A stretch of DNA of 56,549 nt, filler included, from Jimgerdemannia flammicorona (GCA_003990765.1; 3 parts of 3 records of this genome joined end to end with filler, not necessarily neighbours in it); one strand, 5' to 3'; shown: positions 24,309-37,769, counted from the whole stretch's first letter. The notes: a model not told the origin generated them from the letters alone. Made by a program: numbers and translations.

Positions 24309-26584
24309 ATAAATACTCTCTATATTGAGTATATTATAACCTTAGCTTTACTTTCCTCTCTCAAAAATAAATCAGTATTCTTATCCAAGAATTCCTAGAC
24401 TTAACTTATTAATGATTCTAAGTCTGATTAACTTGAGATATAAGTATAGTATTTTTCTTATACTTTATTAAAAATAATACTTATATAAGACCTATACTAT
24501 AGATACTTTGGAACTCAGTACTTTCTTAAGAACTCAGAACTTAGAATCAATAGTTACTATTAACTATATGTATATTTGCAATATATTAATTCTATCAGTA
24601 TAGTTTTATATATTAAAATTTGGTAGCAGTAAAAGTTACTTCTTACTTAAGAGTAACCTTCCTTTAAGAATCTACTATAGATAATTAGAACCAGTCAATA
24701 TCACTAATATTGTCAGTGATAGTCAAGAAGCATCTTTACTCTAAATACTCTCTGGACTTAAGCTAAATAATTCAACAGAATTATCATTGAATAGACTAGT
24801 GCTTAGAATAAATTAAATTAAATCAAATTTATTCTCAATTTGATTTAATTCAAAATATTCAAATTAAATTAAAAGTCAATTTGATTTGATTTAATTCAAA
24901 TTGAGGTCCAATTTAATTTAAAGCCTAATTTAAATCTAATTTTCAAAATTCAATATATAACTTAATCAAAATATAAATTTTAGCTTGTTTAATATATTTT
25001 ATTATAGAGAATCTAATATAATAAAGAATATTAAATTTAGACATACATATTTCTATTAAGTTATTATATTTTGAATTTGAGATAAATATTTTAAATTGAA
25101 TTAGACCTTAATTTGATTTGATTAAATTGAATTGGACCTCAATTTAATTTGAATTCAATTTGAATTCAAAAATTTCTAATTTAATTTGATTTGAATGACC
25201 CTCAATTTGATTTAATTTATTTAAAAGTACTAGAGTAAATTAAACCCTATACTAGCTAAGAGAAGTTTGATAAACTCAACAATGAATCTATCTAAGAAGT
25301 ATTTAACATATTTTTTACATATACTCAATAAAGAAATCTCTTATACTACTGAACTTAAGAAGAAATTCAACAAGTTAATTGATAGATACTTTTATGAGAA
25401 ATATATATAAAAATCTATTAAGACTATAAGCAAACATTTTCTAAACCTTCTCTCCAATAATTGCTACTATAAAGCCAAGACCTTCTGAACTATAAGAGAT
25501 ACTATAGCTATTAAAAGAAATTCCACTTCTATTATTGAATTCTCTATATATAAGTGAGACTAATTCAGTAACAAGAATTACAAACTACTAGACCTAGTGA
25601 GGCTTCTACCATATAATCCAGACCTAGGAGGATAATTGAAGAGATATATAAACTTAATATTAGTAGTCTTAGTACTGTTACAGAACTACCAATAAGAATA
25701 TCAAGTCTACTAAAAATTATAGTAGATTCAACAGTTACTCTATTAAGATTATTAGTCTATAAGCTCATCTATCTCAGTAATATTATAGAAAAGTCAACTC
25801 TAAATCATAATTGATACACTATAACAATAGAAGAAGAACTCTAACAATCTTACTAAATAAACAACAGAGATAGCAGAATGATATCTATAGATGATATATA
25901 AGATAGCAGTACTGGCTAACTAAGTAGTCATACTTACTTAAGCTCTTTGCCTCAGTATTAAAATAAATAAACTCACAAAAGACCTCTATCTTATACTATT
26001 TGAAGGTAAAATAGACTAAGTAATAATATTTATAAAATAAGTTGATATTAATTATTATATCAATAAATGAAATAACAATTAGAACTTAGATAGTACTCTT
26101 AATAGTAATAAATACTATGAGATTGAAGATCTCTATATAACTGTAGACTTATAAGTAGAAAAGTTACCATCTATTTTATAGACATAGCTACCCAGTAGTA
26201 GCATAATCTATCAGTATACTCTCTTATCTAGGAAACCTATATCAAAATTAATATAAGTAAAGAAGATAATGATTAATCTAACTATAAAGTCTATCTAGCT
26301 ACTGTAGATCTAAAAAAACTAATCATTCAATAGTTCTACAGCTCTGCTCACATTACTGAAACCAAAACTAAGCTCAAGAACCTTTGATTTTACAATGATA
26401 GAAAAGAGAATCTTGAAGTATTTGCTATAAGACTGAAAATTCTCCTAAATATTATAGAAGCAGAATAAAGCTAACAAAAATAGACTATAAATAAAACCTA
26501 AGCTACTTACTTCTTCAATACTATCTCCAGATAATTATTAGAAAAAATTTATAAATAAGAATGATTCTATAATTATCTATATGA
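24309..26584 (+). mobile_element. Old Gypsy relic related to family D (partial 5' LTR, PBS, long leader, gag)
   Basis: PBS TGGTAGCAG at 24621; gag-like LKKLII....ETKTKLKNL*FYNDRKENLEVF at ~26310-26430 resembles D gag LKQLII....ESQVKLRNLKFDVHGKEVFETF. Confidence 0.6.
24797..25232. mobile_element. hAT-like MITE, AT-eroded
   Basis: Termini TAGTGCTT...AAGTACTA; 8-bp flanks GAATAGAC/GAGTAAAT differ only by transitions; internal inverted repeat AATTGAGGTCCAATT/AATTGGACCTCAATT; arrays of ATTTGAAT-like motifs. Confidence 0.7.
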
Positions 26585-29500
26585 TGTAATATAGTGGTTG
26601 CTTAACCTTGGAAATATGTCAGATTTCTGTATCTTGAAAACTTGATCTTCTTTGACTCTGCAGAGTCCTCAGGATGCAGGGGTGGGTGAGTTTGAAGTGT
26701 ATCTGCCTGCAGGCTTACTAGTTTCTTTGCTTTCTCTTTGCTTTGAACTATTTTGATCTGAGGTTTATTCACTCTAAGATACTGGGTTATTTATATGAGT
26801 TTGCTAGCTATAAAGTAGCTAAGTAATAAGTCATTTTCTGCCAGTAGTAAATCTTTTACCATCTGTGAAGATTTCACCATCTCCCAAAACTTTGCCAATG
26901 GTAAAGTTTTTGTCAGTGGTAAAATATGACTGCTATTTGTAAGGCTAAGCTATATTTGGGAATCAGATTCATATACTATGATCAAATGTCTAATTCTCCT
27001 AATTTATATTACTAATTCAAATTGACCATCACAACTTCCTCTTGAATAGATAATTTATCTCTGAAGTATCCTATTCACTCAAACTCTCAGACTTCTATGA
27101 TTTGTATCTCCTTATATTGTGTGATTTATGCCATGACATTCTTCCAATATTGTCTCTTGATGCATCTGAAGTTGATTGGGGCTACTTCTCAAAAATGAGC
27201 TAGAGCTGGCTCATCATCTTTGAATAATTTGTGCACTCTTTTGGCAATTGTAATCTGAGTATAAGAGAGTTGACATTCCTTGATCTAGTCTTTTTTTCCC
27301 ATATTTGGCTTTGAATTCAGTAGCTGTCCTAAGCTAAAGTATTCTTGAAGCTCAGTCCAGTTCTAGTAGGTCTTAAAATACAAAATCCATAATAAGTGGG
27401 TCTGGACTATACTCTGGATGCTGTCAAAGGATTCCTCCATTGTGGGTGGCTCAGTAGAATACCACTATCTTTCTATGGCTCATTGGGCAGCACTTGTGAT
27501 CCTAAGGGCAGTTGTATTACTTTGTTGACTATTCATAGTACTTCTTGAGTCAGTTTTGATAGATGATAGTGGGAATAATTGTGCCTGAGAGTTTTCATAG
27601 CCAAAAGGTAGTTCCTTTTATATCTTACATGAGATAAGGTTCTTCTCACTTAGGCTTCAGTTTTCATGACCATGAAGCTTCTACTATATTCCAATACATC
27701 AGGACTTTGTCTCCTATCTTGATAATCTCCAGAGGCTTGTGAATCTTTTCCATATTATTCTACTGTAGTGTCTGCACCTTATTTATATAATTCTTGACCT
27801 TCTTTCTGATTTGATATAGTTTCTGTATCTCTATGTCTATGTGCTTCCATACAGTATTTTGATTGATTGATAGAGTTCCTTGAGAACTTTCTTCTCTGAG
27901 CAGTATTTTCTTAGGAGTAAAATGGATACTTTGTGATCAAATATCCTGAAGAGTAGATAATGCTATTAGCAGATAGTGATCCCAGTTTTCATAGTTATCA
28001 CAGATCTTGGCAATAACATTCTTGAGAGTCTTATTGGTTCTTTCTACTTGTCCATTTCCTTGAAGATGATATGCTATAGTCTGAATATGCTAGATCTTAT
28101 ACTTTTTGTAGAGAACCTCGAAGAACTGGTTCACAAATTCTGTTCCTCTGTCTGTAGTTACTTGTGTTATAGTCTTGAATCAGCAGATGATTTCTTTGTG
28201 GAAGAAATCAGTAATTGACTATACATTAGCTTTCTTGAGGGGTCCTGCCTCTATCTATTTTGTAAAAATGTCTATGATGATAATGATATATTAGTTACCC
28301 ATCAAGATCAGAGGTAGTGGGCCAATTATATCTATTAATATGTGGGCAAAGGGCACCAGTTCTATGTATACTGATTCTGAGGTCTGATTTCATTGGTCTT
28401 GTTTCTGTTTCTAGCATTTGTCACAGGTCTTGACAAATTGTCTGATATCTTCCTCCATTTCTGACTACCATATTGTTCTTCTTGCTTTATCATATATATT
28501 GATTCCTCCTAGATAGCCAAGTTTATATACTGATTTCATTGCTTGCTCCTTTTTATGTTCTGATATGACTAGTAGTTTTTCTTTCTTCAGTATTTCTCCA
28601 TTGGTTTTGAATTTTTTCCAGGTTCTGTTGATAATTGTTTGTGTCCATTCTTCCAGATGTTGGGGCATCTTTTGCTATCTCAGATATATAATGATTCTAT
28701 AGTAGAACTTCTTATTTATTATTGGTTTGTTGGTTGGGGGTCCTTCGGGGTATCTATGAGAGGGCATCTGCATTGGCATTGGTTCTTTCTGGGCAGTGTA
28801 CAATGGTTATGTCATATGCTTATAACTTCATGATTCATCTGGTATAGATTCCTTTAGATTGTCTAGTAGTCAGTAGCTAGGTGAAAGCACTGAGTGGTCT
28901 ATCTAAATAGTGAAGTGTCTTCTGGCCAAGTAGTAGTGGAACTTTTCTACAGTTTAGATAACTGTAAGGCACTCCAACTTATATGATTTATATTCTTTTT
29001 TAGCTCCTCAGATTCTATGGCTGAGGTATGTGATGACATACTCTACTTTGTCTATAATATTTTAGTGTAGTTTATTTCTTTTCTTTGTCTTTCTTCAGTA
29101 TTCTATAATCTTCCAGTACTTTCTGAATGCTTAGAAATTCTTTCTTGGTACTGAGTATTCTCTAGTACTTATTTAGCTAGTCACTGAATGTTCTGGAAAC
29201 TTATAGAACTTTATTTGTCATCATTTGTCATCTTCTTTGCTGAGAACTTTCCTCTTGGCATTTTCTTTTAATTTTCCAGATCCTTCTGGATTCTTCTTTC
29301 AGATCTTATATAAATATCTCCTTTGTTCTTATGAATAAAGTCTCAGAATATTTTCTCCCAGAAATCCTTTGAGAATACTTAAACTCTTGGGTATCTCTTT
29401 GAGTTACTTAGAACTACCAGAACTAGTCACTTTCTCATTTAGAAACTAGAATCATTATACTTGGTAGTAGTGGTTAAGTTACACCTAGCCTTATCAAGAC

Positions 29501-30589
29501 ACCTCTCAAGATATCAGTCACAATATTATAGAGGACAATGGGTGGAACCCTTTATACAGTACCTACAGTCCAGGCAATGCCTCATACAATCAGCAAGAAG
29601 AAGAGGAACAGCAAAACCCTACTCAGTCAAATGGGGCCATCGAGAGTCTTTTGCAGACTACATTAGCTCAGATTGCTCAACTTCAAGAACATATAGAAAG
29701 AAAGGAAAGCAAGGCCTCTGCCTATACCTCTGTATCTCTACTGATATCAATATATCTGATAGCAGTCACTATCAAGCCTCAGAAGTCTGACACTTTTGAT
29801 GGTCAAAGAGGAGGACTGTCTACTGATACCTGGCTTTTCCAATTGGAGCAATATGGAGAACTGATTAATTTGAAAGAAGCAACACTAGTCCAATTTGCCA
29901 CCACACTCCTCCAAGGGAATGCTACAATCTGATGGTGAAATCATGTCCAGAATACCAAATTCTCTAGCTGAATCAAGACCTGGGGTGAATTCTCTGATGC
30001 TATTCAAGACCAATTCAAACCAGTCAACAGCACCAAGGCTGTGTAAGACCATCTGGCAAATATCAAACAACTTAAGTCTATACAAACATATAATGTACAA
30101 TTCCTATCAATTCTGCTAGAATTACTACATATCACTGAAGACAAAAAGGTTGACAAGTACATCTGAGGCCTGAAAGGTCAAACCCAAGTTCATGTCAAAC
30201 TAGAAGAACCCAAGAACCTAGATACAGCAATGAAAATTGCTGATAGGTTTGATGTCATTACCTATGGTCACTACTTTGAACAGAAGAGACTACCTTTCAA
30301 TAATAACAACAATCACAAAAGAGAGAAACCCAAAGTCAGAACTGTTGGACCTGCCCCCATGGACCTAGATACTATTAACAAGAGCAAGAAAGGCAAGCTT
30401 ACACCCAAGAAAAAGGAGTACCTCAAGAAGGCTGGAGCCTGCTTCTTTTGCCATCAGCCTAATCACATTGCAACCAAATATTCCAAGAAAACTGCTGAAC
30501 CAAAGAGGATCCTGGTTCTGTCCAAAGACACTCAAGGTTAATCAGTTGAACAAGAAGTCATACTCAATTTCATATGAGTCAACCCCAAG

Positions 30590-33500
30590 GCCAAGAATAC
30601 AAAGTACTTCACCAAGATTGATTTCACCTCTGGGTATCACTAAATTTGAATCAAACCAGAAGACATACCCAAGACTGCTTTTATGATATCCTTTGGACTT
30701 TATGAATTTCTAGTCATAGCCTTTAGTCTCACCAATGTGCCAGCAATCTTTCAAGATCTCATGCAAACTATCTTTAAGGATCAGCTCTATATCTTTGTAC
30801 TTGTATACATTGATGACATTCTGATCTTCAGTAGCACTGAAGAAGAGCACCTCAAGTACATTGAACAAGTCCTCAAGATCCTCTGTGAAAACAAGCTCTA
30901 TGTAAAACTCAAGAAATGTGAATTTTTCAAGGATCAAGTTGAATACCTTGGATATATTATATCAGCCAAAGAAATTCAAGTAGACCCAAGAAAAATACAA
31001 GCCATTGAACAGTGGCCTGTACCAGCAAACCTCACTGAACTCAGGTCCTTTCTTGGTCTAGCTGGATACTACTATCAATTTATCAAGAACTTCTCTGGCA
31101 TTACAGAATCTTTGACAAATCTCCTGTGAAAGAAACCCAACTCTGACCTCTATGTTCCCTACATCTGGGATGCTTTCTGTCAACAAGCTTTTCAAGAACT
31201 CAAGAACTGCCTGACCCATACACCTGTTCTTAGAAACATGGACCCAAACTTGAAGTTTATGGTCACTATAGATGTATCTAACTTTGCCATTGGTGTAGTC
31301 ATTTCTCAAGATGATGGTCAAGGACACCAACCTATTGCCTTTGAGTCAAGAAAATTGTCCCCAGTAGAACAAAAGCTGGCTACTCATAAAAAGGAACTTC
31401 TGGCAATCATATATATCCTCAAGATCTGGTGATACTACCTAGAAGGAGTTGAGTTTGACATAATCACTAATCATAGGTCCCTTCAGTATATCAATACTCA
31501 ATCAATCCTTTCTCGCCAATAAGCCAAGTAGAGTCAACTACTTTAGATCTTTACTCCAAACATCATCTACAAGCCTGGCAAAACTCTGGTTGTATCAGAT
31601 ACACTTTCAAAAAGACCTGACCTTGCTGCAATTTTACAAGTCACCATGGTATCTGAATTCCTCAATAAGATCAAGAAGGCATATGAACAAGACCCTCTGG
31701 TTCTACAAAGGAATACCAAGGAATTCAAGAAAAAGCATATTTTTTTTTTTTTTTTTATAATCACTTGGACTCATCCTTTATTACACCCTTCTATCCTATA
31801 TAAATACAATGAACCCACCCCCTATCCAATCCCCCTAGGGAGGTCTCTCTCTCCTACTCCTTCAATACAATTCCCACCCTCTCACCACTCTGTTTATATA
31901 TTCTCACCACCAAACCATGCTGCCGCCCCCTAGAAGGACCCTAACCAATCCACCATCCAGTCAACAAATCTCCCAACAGCTCCTCCCACCTCACAACCTT
32001 CTTCTACAGGCTCATCTGCCACCCCTCCTCAAACACAAATAGTCAATATCCCACCAGACCCACTCAAACTGCTAACACCCACCTGACAGTGAGCCAACTA
32101 TCACCCACCCCCCCCCACCAGCTGAGATCTCAAGTCCTCCCAACAGCCCCCTTCACCTGCTGGTCTGTACTCTACACCCAGTCTATTCTCTATTTCAACC
32201 CAAAAGTCCCCCAAAATCTCACACTCCTCCAGCCAATGTTCCAGTATCTGTACCAAACCCCCACCTTGCTCTATATTATAACACTCCTCACAGTCAAAAT
32301 AGCCACCATCCACCAGATGTCCAGTGTGGAAATTCAACATGATATTCCTCTGCAGCATTCACCACCACACTACCCAGAACTTGGGGAGAAGCCACCACCA
32401 CACCTCAGCACTCCAAGACCAGATACCTGCCCAGTTCCACTCCTTGCCGATCCTGACTACCTGCCAACTGCTCAGCCAAAGGTCCTGGCCAAGACCCTGC
32501 TGACACTCCACTCCATCCCCAATATCAAAAGTAATAAGTGAAGTACCCCCCAGAAGCAGTCTATTCCATCACCACATACGAGGACCCCACAACACCTCCC
32601 CCTCATTGCCTTATCAGCGTAGACCAATTCAGTATACTCCATCAACTACTCCCTATCAAAAGCCCTTAAATCGCAGCCACCAAATTCCATTGAGCCCTAC
32701 CAAAGAGAGTAGATCTCCTGAGGACCCTTGGGGGGAGGTTCTCATCTTCTACACCTTCTGCATCAGAAGCACCCAACCCCCTCCCTATAGTTCAGCCACC
32801 CTCTTCAGCCACCAGGCTCACAAGTAGTGCAACCTCTTAGGGAAATCCACAAGGCCAAGACCTCTCCTGTCCACTGGTGTCACAAGAGTATCCCAACTGA
32901 TCTGGGACCTCCTCCCTGCCCAAATCCAATCCCTAGCTACCTTTGTCAGCCTCTTCACTACCCAAGCTGGGAAGTCTAGGTGGTATCCCACATACCACAG
33001 CTTGGGGAATTTAGAATTAATACCCACCCTGCTAGAGAGATATGGCAGCCTCCCCAACCTTGAAGGGCCTCCCCCCAAATAGCCACCCTACTCTCCCACT
33101 ATACTTGTGACAAGACAGAACTATATACAGAGAGGAAGATGCCCAGATACCATACCACCTCACTAGTAGGAACAATTGTTCCAATGACATCCCCACCCAC
33201 TAGTCCATTCCCTAGCACTATAGTCTCACACTTATGCTAGTTGAGCTTTGCCCCAGAGTAAACCTCATACCATTCCACTGTCTCCTTAAGTACCTGAACA
33301 TCCGCCACAAACCCAAGGCCAACCACTATATCATCTGCAAAGGCCCCCACCTTCCACACTATGTCATAGATAGAGAGCCCCCCTACCTTCTGGTGAATCC
33401 TATCCATTAATGGTTCTAATGAGAGAGCATAAAGAATAGGGGATAAGGGATCCCCCTGAGGAACCCCTCTTTGCAAGGTAAATGTCTGACTATGGTGACC

Positions 33501-35200
33501 ATTACACATCAGTACTACCTGACTGCCCTTGAGCAGATTTACCATAGAAGCCTGAAACCCAGGAGAAACACTAATACAATCCAACACCTTGCCCAGCCAA
33601 ACCCTCCAGACCCAGTCATAGGCCTTCTCCTGATCCAAAAAGACCAGCCTTCCATCCAGGCCACAAGCCCGGGCCCCTTCAATGACACCATGCACCCAAG
33701 CAGTCCCATCTCTAATAAGCCTGTCTCTAACAAAGCCCTGCTACTCCTCCCCCAGCACCTGTTGGGCAACCTTCTGCAGTCTGGTGACAACCACCTTAGT
33801 TACTATCTTTCTGTCCATGTCCAAGAGTATGATCGGTCACCAGGAAAAGCACACCATTAAGGACAACCTTGTGTACTATCAAGACAAAGTATATATTCCT
33901 GTCAACTCTGAACTACAGTATAAGATTCTTCATGAACATCATGATTCCCCACTAGCTGGTTACCTTGGAACTGAGAAGACCATCAAGAATATCCAATGAG
34001 ACTACTACTGGCCAAACATGCTCAAGAAAATCAAGGAGTATGTCTAAAGTTATGATCTTTGCCAAAGAAACAAGTCAAGCAACCAAGTACCCGCTGGTCT
34101 TCTGCAACCCCTGCCAATTCTAACCAAGAAGTTCGAACAAGTTACAATGGATTTCATTGTACAACTCCCATGAACCAAAATAGACTATGATGCTATTGTT
34201 GTGTTTATGGACCATCTCACCAAGATTACAATTGCTGAGCCAACTACAACCAATGCTACTGCCCCAGAAATTGCAAGAATCTTCTTCAAGACTGTCTTCT
34301 GCCATTATGGACTCCCCTAAGTAATTATCAGTAACCGCAACCCCAAGTTCATAAGCCACTTCTGGTAAGTACTCTTCAAGATCCTTGGAACCCAAATTGC
34401 TATATCTACTACCTTCTACCCCCAAACTGATGGACAGACTGAGTGAATGAACAGAACATTTGAACAAATACTCAGAAACTACATGTCTTATGAGCAAGAT
34501 GATTGGGACCACTATCTGACCTATGCTGAGTTCATCTACAACAATGCCACCTAATTATCAACTGGTCTTTCTCCATTTCAGCTACTTCACAGTCAAAACC
34601 CTGAGACCTCTATAAGCCTAGTCCCATTTCAGCAATCCAGTCACACACAAGTCTCCACAGCTTAGAACCTTATTGACAAAATGGATTCTCTTCTCAAGAT
34701 TGCCACTATGAACCTATAAAAGGCTCAGTAATACCAAGCTAAGTATGTAGATAAGAAGCAGTAAGATGTCATATACAATATTGATGATATAGTTCTACTC
34801 AAAGCTGATAACATCAAGGCTCAATCTCAAGTCAACCACCAGTCAGCTAAATGTACCTTGGACCCTTTGAGATTACTAAGCAAGTCTCTACCTGGTCTTA
34901 CTGTCTCAACTTGCCAACAATCATGTGTATATACCCAGTATTCCATATGTCACAACTCAAGGCCTGGAACCAGTTACCCCATACCCTGGCCAAATTCTGA
35001 CACTATCAGCACCAGTCATAGTTGAAGATCACATCAAGTATGAAGTTGAGAAAATCTTAAACAAGTGAGTCTGATACCATCATACAGAATACCTAGTCAA
35101 GTGGATAGGCTACTCTGAATATGATGCCACCTGGGAATCTGCTGCCAATCTCAAGAACTCCCAAGATCTCATCTAAGAGTTCAAGCAAAAAAGAACTCAT
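30590..35200 (+). pseudogene. pol: pol of element B (RT, RNase H, integrase, chromodomain), split by a LINE
   Basis: KYFTKIDFTSGYH, VYIDDILIFS, VTIDVSNFAIG, HEHHDSPLAGY, VTMDFI, PQTDGQTE, and YEVEKIL...YLVKWIGYSEYDATWE at ~35035-35190. Confidence 0.9.
31739..33839 (-). mobile_element. 5'-truncated L1/Tx1-like LINE inserted in element B
   Basis: RT motifs LDQEKAYD, RGVPQGDPLSP, AFADD; C-terminal CEEC..EHWLEEC; poly(A) tail (T run 31740-31756); eroded TSD AGAAAAAGCATAT / AGGAAAAGCACAC. Confidence 0.9.
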
Positions 35201-37104
35201 TGACTGCCCATGAGGTTCTTCCCTTAGATAGTAGATGACCTACTGTGCTGATCAGGTATATTATACATCAGGGCTCTCTAAGGAATATAGCATCAGAAAT
35301 AAGAGATATAGAAAAACCCTATAAATCCTGTAACCAATGAGGTTCAAACCAGTTCTCATCTAATCAAGATGATACTTTGGCCCTCACCTTATATAAGGAT
35401 GGCCAATCCTTACCAATGAGTTGATACATTTAATTTGAAGTTTCTTTTAGTCTTATTATTTGTTATGTGTAACTTTAAGAATTCAACAAGAATGTTGATT
35501 CTTAAGGAGGGAGAGATGTAATATTTTAGCATAGTTTATTTCTTTTCTTTGTCTTTCTTCAGTATTCTATGACCTTTCAGTACTTTCCAAATACTTAGAA
35601 ATCCTTTCTTAGTGCTGAGCATCCTCTAGTACTTATTTAACTAGTTACTGAATATTCTGGAAACTTATAGAACTTTATTTATCATCATTTGTCATCTTTG
35701 CCAAGAACTTTCCTCTTGGTATTTTCTTTTGATTTCCCAGATCCTTCTGGATCCTTCTTTCAGATCTTATATAAATATCCCCTTTGTTCTCATGAATAAA
35801 GTCTCAGAATATTTTCTCCCAGAAATTCTTTGAGAATACTTGAACCCTTAGGTATCTCTTCAAGTTACTTAGAACCACCAGAACTAGTCACTTTCTCATT
35901 TAGAAACTAGAACTGTTATATTGTCTTTCTTTTGGGCCAGGATGGTTTCTAGTCCTTGTGTGCTTGCATCTGTCTATAGGATGAATTCTTGAGTACAATT
36001 AGGTCTCCTGAGAATGAGTGCCTAGGTCAGTCTGATCTTGAGCTCATCAAATACTTATTGCTGCCTACCAGTCTATTGGAACTTTGTATCCTTCTTGTTG
36101 AGTTTGTAGATTGGACCTGCAATATTAGAGAATCCTTTAATAAATCTGCAATAGTAGGAGATAAGTCCCATGAAGGCTTGGGTTTTAGTAATAGTAGTGG
36201 GTCTTGGATATGCTACTACTGCTTATATCTTGAGGGGGTCAGTGTGTGTTCCATCTCAGTTGATGATATGATCAAGATAGGAGATCTCAATTTCTGTAAA
36301 CTTGTATTTCTTGAACTTGATGTAAAGGTCATGCTTCCTCAACCTCTCCATCATCTGCTGGATGTGCCACAGATGTTCTTTGGCTATCTTGCTATAGATG
36401 ATTACATCATCTATGTAAACCATCATCCATCTCTCCATATCATAGCAGAAAATTTTGTTCATTATTCACTAGAAGCTTACTGGTGTATTGTATATTCTGA
36501 ATGGTATTTGTAGGTAGACATAGATTCCATCTGGGGTGATGAAAGCTGACTTTTCACTTGCTGCTTCTGTGAGACTAATTTGGTAGAATTCTGAGTATAA
36601 GTCCAAGCTACTGTAATACTGTACTTCATCTCCTAGGGTTACAAGGATATTACTGATAAGGGGCAGTAATTGGTGATCTTTCTTAGTGACTAGGTTGAGT
36701 TTTCTGTAATTGGTGCAGAGCTTTGGGGTGAATTCTCCTGGCTTACTTCCTTTCTTTAGGGCCAATACAACTGGTGAGGCCTAAGGGCTGCTGGCTTTTT
36801 TTGATGATACTGGCTTCTTCTATCTACTTGATTTCTTCTCTAAGCCATTCATGGTAGGCTGCTGGAATGAGTCTTGCCTTCTGATAAATTGATTCCATGT
36901 CTCCTGTATCTATATCATAGTAGTAGTATGGGGTCTTTTCTTTGATATCCTTAAAATCTGTAGTAAGGACATTCTTGAATTCATAGAGTATCTTCTTGAG
37001 TTCTTTTTTGAGTGGAAACTCATTCCCAATAGTGTAGCTATGCTTGGTTGTGGTTTCCTCCTTCTTGTGATCCAGTTTAGTAATCTTGGTACTGGCAAAT
37101 ACTC

Positions 37105-37510
37105 TTCTTCCAGTGGATCTGAATCCTTTCCTTCCTCTTCTTATTTCCTCCAACTTCTTAACTTCTATAATCTTTGGTTGTAGAATCGAAAAGATCAACA
37201 TCTGCACCAATTAGTCCTTCTTTTTGATTGAGAATGGGATTGTAGGATAGTGATTCCTGGCAATAAGTAGAATTTCTCCAATATAGTCTAAGTCAATGAC
37301 TCCTCCTTCAATAGTAATTTCACTTTTAGTTAGGCTGCTTTTTATCTTGAAGATTCTGACATGGTCTTTTGATATAGTTATTTCCAAACCAGTTGTGAGC
37401 AAAGTAGTTATCTGGGGCTCTAGTATAGTTTCTTCTATAGTGACAATGTCTATTCCAGCTACATTTTCTGACTTGTATTCTGGTAGAACTGTATCTGGGT
37501 GAATATTCCA
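37105..37510 (-). pseudogene. dut: dUTPase domain of element A, directly upstream of RT
   Basis: Motifs VAGIDI, KSSL, GGVIDLDYIGEI, LVQML, RRGRKGFRSTG. Confidence 0.88.
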
Positions 37511-37631
37511 GATCTGACCTTGATTTCTTCTTCATCATTACTGTCCTCCAAGAGGGTCAGTGGTTCTTCTTTCTCCTCTTCTTTGGCCTGTTCCTCAAGA
37601 GCCTTCTGTCTTCTCTCATAGTAGATGTTTC

Positions 37632-37669
<38 letters not shown>

Positions 37670-37769
37670 NNNNNNNNNNNNNNNNNNNNNNNNNNNNNNN
37701 NNNNNNNNNNNNNTTAATTAATTAANNNNNNNNNNNNNNNNNNNNNNNNNNNNNNNNNNNNNNNNNNNN
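37670..37769. other. Artificial assembly spacer N44-TTAATTAATTAA-N44
   Basis: Identical to 18790-18889; preceded by a poly-T run. Confidence 0.97.

Larger units (their letters stand above)
29053..35920 (+). mobile_element. Chromoviral Ty3/Gypsy element B, LTRs 29053-29459 and 35517-35920, TSD TTGTC
   Basis: Near-identical ~405-bp LTRs; TTGTC at 29048-29052 and 35921-35925; PBS TGGTAGTAG at 29462; PPT AAGGAGGGAGAGA; gag PAPMDLD and CFFCHQPNH; protease and RT N-terminus deleted near 30590. Confidence 0.93.
26585..37630 (-). mobile_element. Ty3/Gypsy element A: dUTPase-RT-RNase H-integrase and 3' LTR (26585-27033); interrupted by element B; 5' part lost at poly-T/gap
   Basis: LTR TGTAAT..ATCACA with polypurine tract at 27034-27043; RT KLCTNYRKLN, YSSLDL, MVYIDD; RNase H reads GLETILAQKKD|KVEYVITYLS across the B insertion; degenerate integrase ~27500-28560. 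Confidence 0.85.

Noticed and set aside
23830..27033. LTR pair 23830-24308 and 26585-27033 as a single element
   Set aside because: PBS and PPT face outward; they are the 5' LTR of C and the 3' LTR of A, with no shared TSD
35989..36513. 174-aa plus-strand ORF
   Set aside because: Antisense shadow of element A reverse transcriptase
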